Virus record (IMG/VR): IMGVR_UViG_3300012990_000006
Location: 1 to 40,255 of that record
Direction: 5' to 3' (one strand)
DNA length: 40,255 nucleotides
Origin: a virus
Taxonomy: Duplodnaviria; Caudoviricetes
The notes beneath the pieces are model-generated. The model saw nothing but the letters and a program-made list of their open reading frames with translations. It made no database searches and was not told where the DNA came from. Shown here piece after piece: positions 16,127-25,415 of the stretch; position 1 is the first letter of the stretch; each line of letters starts with the position of its first letter. A program made the translations under genes and the position numbers.

Positions 16127-16363
16127 ATGATGACAGCAACACACGACAAAATCGAAGACCGCATCGCGGTTCTTGATGACGCGGGCCTGATCACTCTGGT
16201 GCGCGATCTGGCCCGGCGGGTGGACTATTACAACGCGGCAGAGGGAAGTTCCTACGCCAACGAGACCCCAGTGCGGGATCTGGCCAAGTCAAATTTCTGG
16301 AAAGCGTTTGCCGCAATGAAGGAGCGCGGCCTAAAGACTGATCTGACGGAGTTCATGTTATGA
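16127..16363 (+). CDS. Hypothetical accessory protein
   Basis: CAGGAG RBS at 16115-16120; 78 aa. Confidence 0.7.
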   Translation: MMTATHDKIEDRIAVLDDAGLITLVRDLARRVDYYNAAEGSSYANETPVRDLAKSNFWKAFAAMKERGLKTDLTEFML

Positions 16364-16746
16364 AAATTAATCGCGGGTATACTCAATCTCCCAACAAGTA
16401 CAGATCACTAAATCTGCACCTGTCCGATTTGCGGGAGTACAAACGCAAATTGTCAAGGATGTTATTGATCTCGATCTTGTCGATTCTCGCCGCTGCGTTT
16501 CTTGGATGGAACGCATATGACGCATCTCAACTCACTTTGAAAAACTGTATGGAAGCCAACAACAAAATGAACATAGCCGCCTCGGAAGCACTCGTCTCAA
16601 TGAATGCTCGCTCACGCGAATTGAATGATCTGTTGTCTGGGCCGAAGGTGGATCTCGACAAGGCGCTTGTGGCCGTGCAAGATCTGCGCGTGGCCACAGG
16701 CGTTCTGCGTGGCCATCTGTTTGGGTTGGGAGAGAGAATCGAATGA
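16360..16746 (+). CDS. Hypothetical single-TM membrane protein
   Basis: TM segment MLLISILSILAAAFLGW followed by a coiled-coil-like region; ATGA overlap. Confidence 0.6.
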   Translation: MKINRGYTQSPNKYRSLNLHLSDLREYKRKLSRMLLISILSILAAAFLGWNAYDASQLTLKNCMEANNKMNIAASEALVSMNARSRELNDLLSGPKVDLDKALVAVQDLRVATGVLRGHLFGLGERIE

Positions 16747-16919
16747 GTGCCGGCCTCACACCAGAGCAGCGTTATGAAGAGATCATGGCCGCAGTTGTCG
16801 CGGCCATTGAATCTGAGCAGCCCGATGGGCCGGCTCCGTTCTCTCTTGAAACTGAAAAGCGCGTGGATTTTGTTTCGAGACTGGTGCGGCAGGCTTTGGA
16901 TATGCCGCAGTTGGATTAG
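16743..16919 (+). CDS. Small acidic protein (58 aa; below the ORF-track cutoff)
   Basis: Translated by hand: MSAGLTPEQRYEEIMAAVVAAIESEQPDGPAPFSLETEKRVDFVSRLVRQALDMPQLD*. ATGA-coupled to the upstream gene; stop overlaps the stop of the convergent 446-aa gene. Confidence 0.55.
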   Translation: MSAGLTPEQRYEEIMAAVVAAIESEQPDGPAPFSLETEKRVDFVSRLVRQALDMPQLD

Positions 16920-18256
16920 TCGCCCAGAAGACCCGGAACTCTTTTTTGCTGTTCCATGTAGTTCATAACGCCGTCTAGCCAACGCTGGTCGGCGTTTTGC
17001 GTTATGTTGGAAAGCATGAACGCCCGATTATCCCCCGACACTGGCGCGTTTTGAGCGCGGCGCTGATCGAAAAAATCCCTGAACATGATTTCGCGGGGCA
17101 CAGGCGCATCTAACCCGCCGACATATTCCCCGCCCAGTTGCGTGTTGTACGTCGTGTGTGGGTTTGGCGGCGCGGACATAACCCGGCCAGTGGGGTCCAT
17201 TCTTGCGATCGAAAACCCCGATGCGTTGAGCGGCACATCCATCAATCCGGGTTCCAAGATTGCGGCCCGGGTCGAAGCGACATTGGGGAACCCCATCTCC
17301 TGGTATTTCGCAAGGCCCATCCGGTCAACCAGAGCGAGACGCAACGGTCCGTCGGTCAGAAGTTGTTGATGCACTTCAGGGTGATCGATGCCTAAAAAAT
17401 CCGGCTTGACTGCCCGGATCTCGTTATTGAATTCTCGGACGCTCTTCTTTGTAAGTTTCGTGTTTGGTATCTGGCCTAAAAGAGAGTCGGTCATCATTGT
17501 TGAGTAATCGCCGGCAGTGTGGCCCATCGGCGAATACATCATAAAAACGTCATCGCCCCCTTTGGCGGCGTCCTGCACTTGACGCGACAGACGCGTGATC
17601 ACGCCTTTATCACTTGCCCACGCTGCCTTGTCTGCGAGGTGCGTCCGCATAAAGTCGGGGCCACCTTCCAACAGGACTGGCGAGGCTAAGGGCGTGTCGT
17701 CAACCTGGCTCAGAAGTGATCCGGCGGCGGTACGATCGCCCACTGCAGGAATGATTCTCGAGCCCTGCAGATCTTCCGGTGAAATAAAAGCCCGCGGGGG
17801 CAGATCTCTTACCGGGGTGCGGGTGGCCGTCATTTCTGTGACCGGCTTGTCTAATTTCAAGCCGCCGCCGATGGGGTGGTACAGCCCGGCCGCTTCGTTC
17901 TCCGCCTTGCTCATCCGCTTGGCCTGCAGCGCCCTCTGTGCGGCTCGTGGCGCTTTCAGCGCGCTGCCGACGGTAGCGCCGATCGCCGGGACGGCGTAGA
18001 GCATGTCTCCACCAGCGCCCAGCAACTGCATTGCGGCCGTGCCGTAGTTGCCCTGCCTGAAATTGTCCAGAGCGCCAGGCTCAAAACCACCATCAGCAGA
18101 TGGAAAATATCCCATGTAGTCGGACACGCCGGCACCAGGCGCAAAGCCCAAACCAAGCAGGCCGGCCTGTGCTGCTGCGCGTCGTGCGCGCTCTGCGGCT
18201 TGGGGGTCCGATTCAATCGGACCGCCGTAGCCTTCAATGTCGAAAAGACCCTGCAT
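16916..18256 (-). CDS. Putative internal virion/ejected protein with a C-terminal globular domain of unknown function
   Basis: Last gene of the structural operon; Gly/Ala-rich N-terminal ~110 aa, then an enzyme-like domain; ends PGLLGD. Confidence 0.6.
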   Translation of the reverse strand: MQGLFDIEGYGGPIESDPQAAERARRAAAQAGLLGLGFAPGAGVSDYMGYFPSADGGFEPGALDNFRQGNYGTAAMQLLGAGGDMLYAVPAIGATVGSALKAPRAAQRALQAKRMSKAENEAAGLYHPIGGGLKLDKPVTEMTATRTPVRDLPPRAFISPEDLQGSRIIPAVGDRTAAGSLLSQVDDTPLASPVLLEGGPDFMRTHLADKAAWASDKGVITRLSRQVQDAAKGGDDVFMMYSPMGHTAGDYSTMMTDSLLGQIPNTKLTKKSVREFNNEIRAVKPDFLGIDHPEVHQQLLTDGPLRLALVDRMGLAKYQEMGFPNVASTRAAILEPGLMDVPLNASGFSIARMDPTGRVMSAPPNPHTTYNTQLGGEYVGGLDAPVPREIMFRDFFDQRRAQNAPVSGDNRAFMLSNITQNADQRWLDGVMNYMEQQKRVPGLLGD

Positions 18257-18756
18257 TATCTAAGCAATCCCAGAAGTTGAAGCGCTTGCATGCGGCGACG
18301 ATCGGATTGAGATCCGCCCATCGGGGCGCTGGCTGCCGGGGTGTTGGGTGCGACTTCCAGAAGTCCGCGTGGCGCTGGGCGTCCGAAGGCAGAATTCATC
18401 GCGTTATTGAATGCGCCCATGCCGCCGAGAGGATCTCTCACGACATCAGCGAAAGGGTTCTGCACCATTGCGGCCGGTGATGCCGGCGTCGTGTTGGCCG
18501 GGTTTGTGGGGCTTGCGGCTTGTGGGTTGGCACGAGCCTGCATGGCCTTCAATTGGTCAATCATCTCGCCGGGAGTGACTTGCCTGCCCTGACCTTGGGC
18601 CTGCGCCATTGCAGTCTGCATTCCCTGCTGGAGCAGGCTCTGATCAATCTGCGCCGGCTGAAAACCCGGCGTGACGCCCATGCTTTGAGGCATCTGCCTC
18701 ATCTGTCTTGCGACGGGATCGTAGGGACTGGCTGGACCAATTCTCGGAGAGTACAT
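18256..18756 (-). CDS. Low-complexity putative internal virion protein
   Basis: Q/P/A/M-rich, ends LLGLLR; located in the ejection-protein cluster. Confidence 0.55.
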   Translation of the reverse strand: MYSPRIGPASPYDPVARQMRQMPQSMGVTPGFQPAQIDQSLLQQGMQTAMAQAQGQGRQVTPGEMIDQLKAMQARANPQAASPTNPANTTPASPAAMVQNPFADVVRDPLGGMGAFNNAMNSAFGRPAPRGLLEVAPNTPAASAPMGGSQSDRRRMQALQLLGLLR

Positions 18757-18758
18757 TT

Positions 18759-20720
18759 TTATTCACCCATTAGAAGACCGCCTTGAATGCCCACAGGGGC
18801 GCTCGACATGGCGGGGTTACGCATAACGCTCTGCTGACGCGCGGACATCTCTTGCGAGTTGCGACGAGCCAATTCGTTCAGGATCTGCTGCTGTCGGCCA
18901 GGCTGCGCGCTGAACATTCTGCGCGCGAGCATCTCGGCCGACATTTCGTTCATGCCGCCCGATCGAGCGCCAAGATTGCGCGTCATGCCAAGCGCAGCAG
19001 CGCCGATATTACCCTGCGCCAAATTGCGCGCCATGTTGAGCATGGTGGTTGGATCTCGGGCCGCATCGTCCATCTGCGTAAGCCGGCTTGCTGTTGGCGA
19101 CCCACCCAGCACGCGGTTGTTCGTCTGGCGCATCGAGCGCTGCATGTCGATCACGTTGGTGAACGCCTTGAACTGGTCCTCGTTGTCGAAGGCGTAGCGA
19201 AGTGCGCTGCGCTTCTTTGGCGAACCGAAGACGGCCTTTGTGAAGTCAACACTGTCGTCCAGGGTGTTGGCCCGCTCCTGAACCTTTGAAACCAGGCCGA
19301 CACGAAAAGCCTCGCGCTCGCCCGGGTTCATGGCTTTCAGTTTCTTGACCATGTCTGCCTCGGACATTCTCAGATAGTCGAGGCCGTCCTTGTATGAACC
19401 CTGCAGGCGCTGGCTGTCGGCGAATTCGCGATTGGCCCGGGCGTACAGGGGATTGAGTTCCTTCAGCTTGTCGTTGATCTCTTTCGTGAGTTTGGAGACG
19501 GCACCGCCAAAGGGCGTCATCTTGCCCGTGATCGCATCCGTCTCCCTGGCCACGATCTGGTCAAGGCCGCGCTTGAGTTGATGCATCACTTCCGTCGGAA
19601 TCGACTGGGCATTCTTGATCGCCGCAAAGTCTGGCAGCGCCACGCCATCGACATCGGCCAGCCGGCGAGCCTGCTCGTATGCGCGCTCGACGATGTCACG
19701 GCCGACATAGGGCCGGAAGGGATTGGCATCGACTGAGATCTTGTAGGCTTCAGGATAGGCTGCACGAGCCGCGCGAGACTGTCTCTCGGCCAGGTCGTCG
19801 ATGTAGGACGTGCCCAGCAACTGATTGTCGGAGAGCCCGGCACGGCGCTGCACCTGTGCGGCGATGTTCGATGCCTCGTCCTGCGCACGGCCATAGAGGC
19901 GGCCCTCGACGGCTCCACGAGCCCGGTTGGGGATGGAGGTGGCCGAGTAGGCCAGACCCTGCGTGTTCGGCCCCATGTCGGCGATCAGCATGTCCGAGAC
20001 GCCAAGATCGCGGCCTTCTTTGAGGCGCAGTGCGGCCTGCTCCGGCGTCAGCCCGTCCCGCTGCAGAGCCTCAATCATCTTGCGCTCTGCGAATGTCACG
20101 GCACGCTGCTTGCCGCCAAGACCAAGTGCATCGTAGACGCGGCGCACGAATCCGGCGGTGGTGTTGATAGCGACCGGCGCAGCAGCCCCGAGAGGCGCAC
20201 CAACGGCCCCGCCTGTCGCGGCATCCCAAGGCACGTCTGCCAGTTCAAGAGCGCCACCAGCGCCCGCTGCGGCCCCCGTAGCGGCTCCGATGGCTGCGCC
20301 CTGCTTCATCGTCTCCATACCAGTGCGGCCAGTCATGGCGGCCCTGCCAGCGGTTCCTGCGACCTTCAGCGCGCCAAACGGCAGAACGAAACCGCCGCCC
20401 ACTTCAAGCGCCAGGGACGTGCCCGGGTTCTCGTTGCGAAAGCCTGTGATGTTCGAGCGGATGTCGTCTCGGATCTCTCTGTATGACCGATCCGAAAAAG
20501 GCGCGCGAATGCCGGCCTCGATCTCGTCTCCGAAGCCAAGGGTCACGCCCTGCCCGAACATGCGGGCGGCGTTGACGCCGGCTGGATCCGTCTGGCGTGC
20601 AGAACCGAACTGCTGCTTGGCGTAGGCCAGCACGTCATCTTGCGAGGCGGTAGCCGGTGCCGTTACGACAAAGGTCCGCCCGTCTGGGCCTGTGATTTCG
20701 TATTCGCGCGTATCAGCCAT
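18759..20720 (-). CDS. Large internal virion/DNA ejection protein
   Basis: YEITGPDG..F.V, GQGVTLGFGDEI, Gly/Ala-rich hydrophobic segment, long helical body, GSPTA.R near the C-terminus. Confidence 0.7.
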   Translation of the reverse strand: MADTREYEITGPDGRTFVVTAPATASQDDVLAYAKQQFGSARQTDPAGVNAARMFGQGVTLGFGDEIEAGIRAPFSDRSYREIRDDIRSNITGFRNENPGTSLALEVGGGFVLPFGALKVAGTAGRAAMTGRTGMETMKQGAAIGAATGAAAGAGGALELADVPWDAATGGAVGAPLGAAAPVAINTTAGFVRRVYDALGLGGKQRAVTFAERKMIEALQRDGLTPEQAALRLKEGRDLGVSDMLIADMGPNTQGLAYSATSIPNRARGAVEGRLYGRAQDEASNIAAQVQRRAGLSDNQLLGTSYIDDLAERQSRAARAAYPEAYKISVDANPFRPYVGRDIVERAYEQARRLADVDGVALPDFAAIKNAQSIPTEVMHQLKRGLDQIVARETDAITGKMTPFGGAVSKLTKEINDKLKELNPLYARANREFADSQRLQGSYKDGLDYLRMSEADMVKKLKAMNPGEREAFRVGLVSKVQERANTLDDSVDFTKAVFGSPKKRSALRYAFDNEDQFKAFTNVIDMQRSMRQTNNRVLGGSPTASRLTQMDDAARDPTTMLNMARNLAQGNIGAAALGMTRNLGARSGGMNEMSAEMLARRMFSAQPGRQQQILNELARRNSQEMSARQQSVMRNPAMSSAPVGIQGGLLMGE

Positions 20721-21941
20721 TTATCGCCCTCTCGGCCTGATCGACCATCCACCAGGTGAATCGCTGTCTCTCAGCGTGTTGAATTCACGATCGGCAATAC
20801 CGATCGCAGCGCGGTCTTCAGGCGACATCTTCGCCAGGATCTCGCGGTAGCGGGTCTGGATGTCGCCGATGATCATCTTCAGATCGTCCTTGGGCAGACC
20901 CATGTCGAGTTTACCCATCAGGAACGACAGCATGTCCAACTGGGCCTGCGGAACCTGTCCGAGACCAGCGCCCTGGCGCTTGATGTTGAGCAACTGCTCG
21001 ATGGCGATCGTGCCGCGCAATGAGTCCATGAACTGTTCTGCGCGGTATTCGGCCGTGCCTGGGATCTTGGCCTTGCCCAGACGCACGACTGGATTGGACG
21101 CCATCTGATCGATCGCTTCGTTCACGATGCGAGCATCACGAAGCGTGAAGCCTGCGACAGCGCCCTGGGAACCCTCGGCCACACCCGCCTTGTCCGCAGC
21201 GTCTTGGATTTCTCGCTCGGCCGGGCTGCCCGGGATGACCTTCATTTCGGCAGATCCATCGGGATTCCGAACAAGCCGGTGGCCTGCCGGGATCGGGCCG
21301 AACTCGCTGCCCGAGTTGACATTGACCTTTTGCGACTTGCTCTCGTTGAGTTGCTTGAGACGGCCAAACGCGGCTTCGCCCTGGCCCTGCATCGGGAATC
21401 CGAAGTACTCGAGATCGCGAACGGCCTCGGACGGGTTCGGGTGCAGCGTCATGCCCATGTCGAGATACTTCTTGGCCATCTCGCCGTTGCCTTGTGCGGC
21501 GAACAGCTTGGCTGCCTGGAAATACCGATTAGCAGAGGTGCGACGATCGTAGTTGCCCGGCCCTGGCTGTCCTGCGCCAGCGCGCTGCGCATTGGCCTCT
21601 GGGGTGAGAGCCACGCTTTGAGGCGCACCGCCACCACCACCGAAGATGCCGCCCAGTTGAGCCTGGAGCGCTGCCTGCTGCTGCTGCTGTTGCGCGGCCG
21701 CTGCCTGCTCGGCCTTGATCTTCTGGAACTCCATCAAGCGCTGCTGCGTCGCGTTGAGCGCCGCAGCCGGATCCGACTTGGCCAAGAGGCTCAATGCGAC
21801 TTGCTGCTTCAGGTACTTTGCATAATCCCCGCGCTGATCTTCAGGGATCTCGTTGACAAAATTGGGCGGCATGTACCGCGCAAGCTGCGCATTCGGATCA
21901 CTACCAAAAAGTAGACCGCCTTTGAAAAAATCACCCAACAT
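20721..21941 (-). CDS. Internal virion/DNA ejection protein
   Basis: Q/A-rich helical protein located between other ejection-type genes. Confidence 0.6.
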   Translation of the reverse strand: MLGDFFKGGLLFGSDPNAQLARYMPPNFVNEIPEDQRGDYAKYLKQQVALSLLAKSDPAAALNATQQRLMEFQKIKAEQAAAAQQQQQQAALQAQLGGIFGGGGGAPQSVALTPEANAQRAGAGQPGPGNYDRRTSANRYFQAAKLFAAQGNGEMAKKYLDMGMTLHPNPSEAVRDLEYFGFPMQGQGEAAFGRLKQLNESKSQKVNVNSGSEFGPIPAGHRLVRNPDGSAEMKVIPGSPAEREIQDAADKAGVAEGSQGAVAGFTLRDARIVNEAIDQMASNPVVRLGKAKIPGTAEYRAEQFMDSLRGTIAIEQLLNIKRQGAGLGQVPQAQLDMLSFLMGKLDMGLPKDDLKMIIGDIQTRYREILAKMSPEDRAAIGIADREFNTLRDSDSPGGWSIRPRGR

Positions 21942-21943
21942 GA

Positions 21944-23134
21944 TTAGCCTCGCTTCTTCTGTTTCTTGGCCAGTTCTTTTACCGCCTCTACAAGAAGGCC
22001 CGTGACTTCTGGATAATTCACCATCTTCATGCCGACATCAGCCACCGCGCCCGGCATCACGCGCTCGACATCTTGCGCCATGACGCCAGCCGTTCTGTCG
22101 GGGCTGTTGAGGTAGTTGTATTCCATGCCGTCGATCTCTTTGAGTTTCGCCAGCGCTCCACCGATCGGCTTGATGTTTTCCTTTGCGCGCTCGTCGGAGA
22201 GGAACATGGCCGCGCCGATGATCGAGCCGATGCCGCTCGCGACACCGTTCTGGCTGTCGCTCTTCGAAGCAGACGTTCCGCTTGAACTCGAGGTCATGCC
22301 TGATCCACCGGCCGGGTTGATGCCCAGAGCCTCGTTGATGATCGCCTGCTGCTCGAGCGGCAGGTTGCGGATCGCGTCGAGTTGAGCCTGATTGAATTCC
22401 TGCTGGCCAAGGCCCAGGTTCATCATGGCCTGAGAGCCCTGCAGACCCATCTCCTGATCCATGACCCCCAAGCGGCCAAGGGAATCGGCAGCAGAAAGCC
22501 GCTGCTCGTTTGTGGTAAGGCCGGCGTTCTGGTTGGACTGCTGCGCCGCAAGTGCCCGGTCAAGATCCGACATCGCCATTTGCGACGCGGTGTCATATCC
22601 GGTCGAATAGAGATTGCCCAGCGTGCTGCCCAGGCGGTCGTAGAAGTTCCGGTTCGTCTCTGCCTCGGCGATGCCGTGGCGCGATCCGCCAAATGCGCCG
22701 GCCTGCGTGGCCGCGTAGTTGTCGCCCATGCCCTGCATCTGTCTTGCGCGGTACATGTCGTTGATCGTGTTGCCGGCGACGTTCTGAAGGAACGGGTTCA
22801 TGTACGCCTGCATGTTGGCGTTCAGGAAAGATCCACCGTCCACCATGAGCGGATTGTAGTTTCCGGCCTGGCCGGCAAGTGCGCTGCCCTGGCGTACAGT
22901 GTTCAGACCCTGCTGATTTGTAACGGTGTTGCGCAGCATGTCCGCGCCGGAATTGTAATCGGGCGCGTAGTCGGCAAACTGTCGAACACCAAGATTGTTG
23001 GCGACGCCGGATGCTCGGTTTAAGTTCTGGTTGTAGATATCAAACAGACGCGGGTCGAGTTGCGAACTCGACTGCTGCTGACTGCTGCTCTTTGAATCAG
23101 ATCCACCAAATAGTGCTTTTGTTATGCCGCCCAT
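21944..23134 (-). CDS. DNA pilot/ejection protein with C-terminal intramolecular chaperone (peptidase S74-like) domain
   Basis: YMNPF, AGAFGGSRHG motifs; C-terminal SDERAKENIKPI...GVMAQDVE...VNY..LLVEAVKEL. Confidence 0.75.
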   Translation of the reverse strand: MGGITKALFGGSDSKSSSQQQSSSQLDPRLFDIYNQNLNRASGVANNLGVRQFADYAPDYNSGADMLRNTVTNQQGLNTVRQGSALAGQAGNYNPLMVDGGSFLNANMQAYMNPFLQNVAGNTINDMYRARQMQGMGDNYAATQAGAFGGSRHGIAEAETNRNFYDRLGSTLGNLYSTGYDTASQMAMSDLDRALAAQQSNQNAGLTTNEQRLSAADSLGRLGVMDQEMGLQGSQAMMNLGLGQQEFNQAQLDAIRNLPLEQQAIINEALGINPAGGSGMTSSSSGTSASKSDSQNGVASGIGSIIGAAMFLSDERAKENIKPIGGALAKLKEIDGMEYNYLNSPDRTAGVMAQDVERVMPGAVADVGMKMVNYPEVTGLLVEAVKELAKKQKKRG

Positions 23135-23135
23135 T

Positions 23136-23504
23136 TTAAATGTCCTTTGTCATTACGACCCAGTGGGTTTTGTACCCAGCATCCTTCATAAAAGAGCGCT
23201 CCCATCCGCGCCGTCCGTAGAGCGTGATCTTCTTCACGCCGAAGTCTTTTGCCCACGTCTCGATAGGCTTTAGCATCGACTCGAGTTCTTCGACGTCGCC
23301 GCCTGCCAGAAAGAAGTTGAGGAATTTCCCGTTGGGCGTTTCGTAGTGTTCGGTCACTACGGCGCACTTGCTCCCAGCCCACAGGATGTATTCGCCATCG
23401 AGCAGCCCGCGCTTGACATCGTCAAGGGTCTGCCCCGTGTTGTTATATTTTAACGCATCTTCCAGCCAGTGTTGACATCTTTCAAATTCCGTCCAGTCCG
23501 TCAT
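23136..23504 (-). CDS. Virion-module GNAT-like protein
   Basis: LDDV...L.DG...LW, LAGG, E.WAK..G...I...GRRGW; position between nozzle and pilot genes. Confidence 0.65.
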   Translation of the reverse strand: MTDWTEFERCQHWLEDALKYNNTGQTLDDVKRGLLDGEYILWAGSKCAVVTEHYETPNGKFLNFFLAGGDVEELESMLKPIETWAKDFGVKKITLYGRRGWERSFMKDAGYKTHWVVMTKDI

Positions 23505-23707
23505 ATCGCTTCCGCCGTTACGGTCCCCAGGTCGTCCACCACGATCTTCCACCTCGTGCCGTCTGGGGAGGTCACGATCAATCTCCCGGGGTTGACCTCG
23601 ATGTCCCGTCCGCGCTTGTGGTTCTGCTGGTCTGCCTGCTCCAGAGCCCTGTTGCGCTCGGATTCCCGGCCCATCTCGTAGCGCGGCGCAGGTATCGGCA
23701 ATTTCAT
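23501..23707 (-). CDS. Small tail-associated protein
   Basis: LP.P...Y, RLIVTSPDGTRWKIVVDD.G; ATGA overlaps. Confidence 0.6.
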   Translation of the reverse strand: MKLPIPAPRYEMGRESERNRALEQADQQNHKRGRDIEVNPGRLIVTSPDGTRWKIVVDDLGTVTAEAI

Positions 23708-25212
23708 CGGCGGCTCCCGGCAACGGCATCAAGGCGCAGCGTTCCGTACCGGAAAGGCGCGTCCTGGGTGGCCTCGACGATCACCTCGGCCTGGCGGCCG
23801 GTGAAGCGTGCATCCGAATATCCGTCTGCGCGATCGAAGGTGTAAGGCCCATAGGTAGTAGCCGGCCCCAGCGGGGTCTGCTGCACCTCGAACGAGACCC
23901 GGGTGCATGTCGGCACGTTCGGGCAGCCGTCTGGCAGCAACTGGCGCACGGCCATCAACTGATCGCCATTGCCCAGTTCCAGAGGCGCGCTCTTGGCAAA
24001 GACCTGGCCGACGCGGGTTGCGCCGTTGTTCGTCCAGCCCTGCTCGTGCTGATAGAGGTGATTGTCCGCGCCGGCTGCGATCGGGTAAGGGTATGCGCCT
24101 GAATCGATCCAGGCCGTGCGATCGAGGTTACCGATCGACCAGTGGCCCTCGCGGTAGTTCCAGATCACATAGCGGTTGTTCTCGGTCGAGTTGGCGCTCG
24201 GGTAGAACCACCAGATCTCGCCCAGTTCGGCCAGGTGGCCGGCGGTGATCTTTGCCGCCTGGAACAGATTGATGTCTCTGAAGATGTAGTCGTTCACGTC
24301 CGACTCGAGCGGGCGAACCACGCCGTCGAACATGAAGAAGCCCTTGTCGCCCATCCAGGCGACAGCGTTGCCAAAGCCCATGTGGGCGTTCGGGCCTACG
24401 ATGCCGCACCCGGTTCCGACGCGCTCGAATCCGTAGACAAAGGGTGGCCCGACGTAGCGCATCACATGCGCATCCGTGTCCGTCCAGATGATGATCTGGC
24501 CGGGCAGGCGTCGGGCGCACTGAAGCTGGCCGGGGGTGACGAGTTCGAAGTCTCCGGCGCTGTTTGTTGCCGAAGGCGTCCACTCCGAATTGTCTTCCTG
24601 ATTCGACCAGGCCACGCGGCGAGGGTTTCCGCCGGCACCAAGGGCGACGAGGTGTCTTTCCTCCGTCACGATGATCGCGCGGTTAGCTTCGGGTGCCCCG
24701 ACGATCTTTGCGGGCAAGCCGATCGGGCTTATGTCATCGGGCACCCACTCGTAGATGTTACCCTCGTGCGGTGCGCAGGCGATGAGGTTTTCGCCCCAGA
24801 GATCCATGCTCCACGTCGCAGCCTCAAGCACAAGACCCGTCTCTGGGCGCTCCGTGCCGTATGCCTCGGTGCCGTAGGTATATGCGCCATAGCCAAGACC
24901 GTAGACGCCGCTGTCGCGCCCGGCAGGAAAAGCCGCGGGCGTGATGTCGATGAAGATGTCGTTGTTGTAGGCGGTCAGTCCCTGGCTTGTGCCGATCACC
25001 AGCCAGCGCTTTTGATTGTTGTCGCGCCACGTTGCCAGTCCGCGGGCCTTGCCCGCATAGGGCGCAGTGCTGATCCGCTGCCAGCCGCCGATCGGCCGCA
25101 ACTGGCCATCCTTCCAGCGCACGAGATTGGCCTCGTACCAGCGCCCCTTGGCCTGGTACGCGGTGCCGTTGCGAAAGACGCCTGGCGGAATGTTGAGAGG
25201 GAGCAGCGCCAT
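23704..25212 (-). CDS. Tail tube/nozzle (stabilisation) protein
   Basis: L.IPPG, NLVRWKDG, WSMDLWGE.L, VAWS.QED...W.P..TN.AG, EIWWFYPS, RF.GRQ; 502 aa. Confidence 0.8.
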   Translation of the reverse strand: MALLPLNIPPGVFRNGTAYQAKGRWYEANLVRWKDGQLRPIGGWQRISTAPYAGKARGLATWRDNNQKRWLVIGTSQGLTAYNNDIFIDITPAAFPAGRDSGVYGLGYGAYTYGTEAYGTERPETGLVLEAATWSMDLWGENLIACAPHEGNIYEWVPDDISPIGLPAKIVGAPEANRAIIVTEERHLVALGAGGNPRRVAWSNQEDNSEWTPSATNSAGDFELVTPGQLQCARRLPGQIIIWTDTDAHVMRYVGPPFVYGFERVGTGCGIVGPNAHMGFGNAVAWMGDKGFFMFDGVVRPLESDVNDYIFRDINLFQAAKITAGHLAELGEIWWFYPSANSTENNRYVIWNYREGHWSIGNLDRTAWIDSGAYPYPIAAGADNHLYQHEQGWTNNGATRVGQVFAKSAPLELGNGDQLMAVRQLLPDGCPNVPTCTRVSFEVQQTPLGPATTYGPYTFDRADGYSDARFTGRQAEVIVEATQDAPFRYGTLRLDAVAGSRR

Positions 25213-25214
25213 TT

Positions 25215-25415
25215 TTATTTACCGCAGATCGCGGCCCATGTTTCGTTGTGGCCAAGAATCTGGCGCGCAGTGCCGTCCGTCAGCCCGTCCTGTTTCGAGA
25301 TCAGGATGGGCCGCGCCACTTCGCAGTATCCGGCGCTAGTCACGACTCCACTTGTCGCGCAGCCGGTCAGCAGCATCGCCGACAGGCATGCGCTCCACCT
25401 TTTGAGTGACTTCAT
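25215..25415 (-). CDS. o-spanin (Rz1-like lipoprotein)
   Basis: Lipobox LLTG-C; overlaps the i-spanin 3' end in another frame. Confidence 0.7.
   Translation of the reverse strand: MKSLKRWSACLSAMLLTGCATSGVVTSAGYCEVARPILISKQDGLTDGTARQILGHNETWAAICGK

Noticed and set aside
16747-16968. ORF-track 73-aa + strand ORF
   Set aside because: The ATGA-coupled frame 16743-16919 fits the operon and the gap better; this one runs into the convergent gene.
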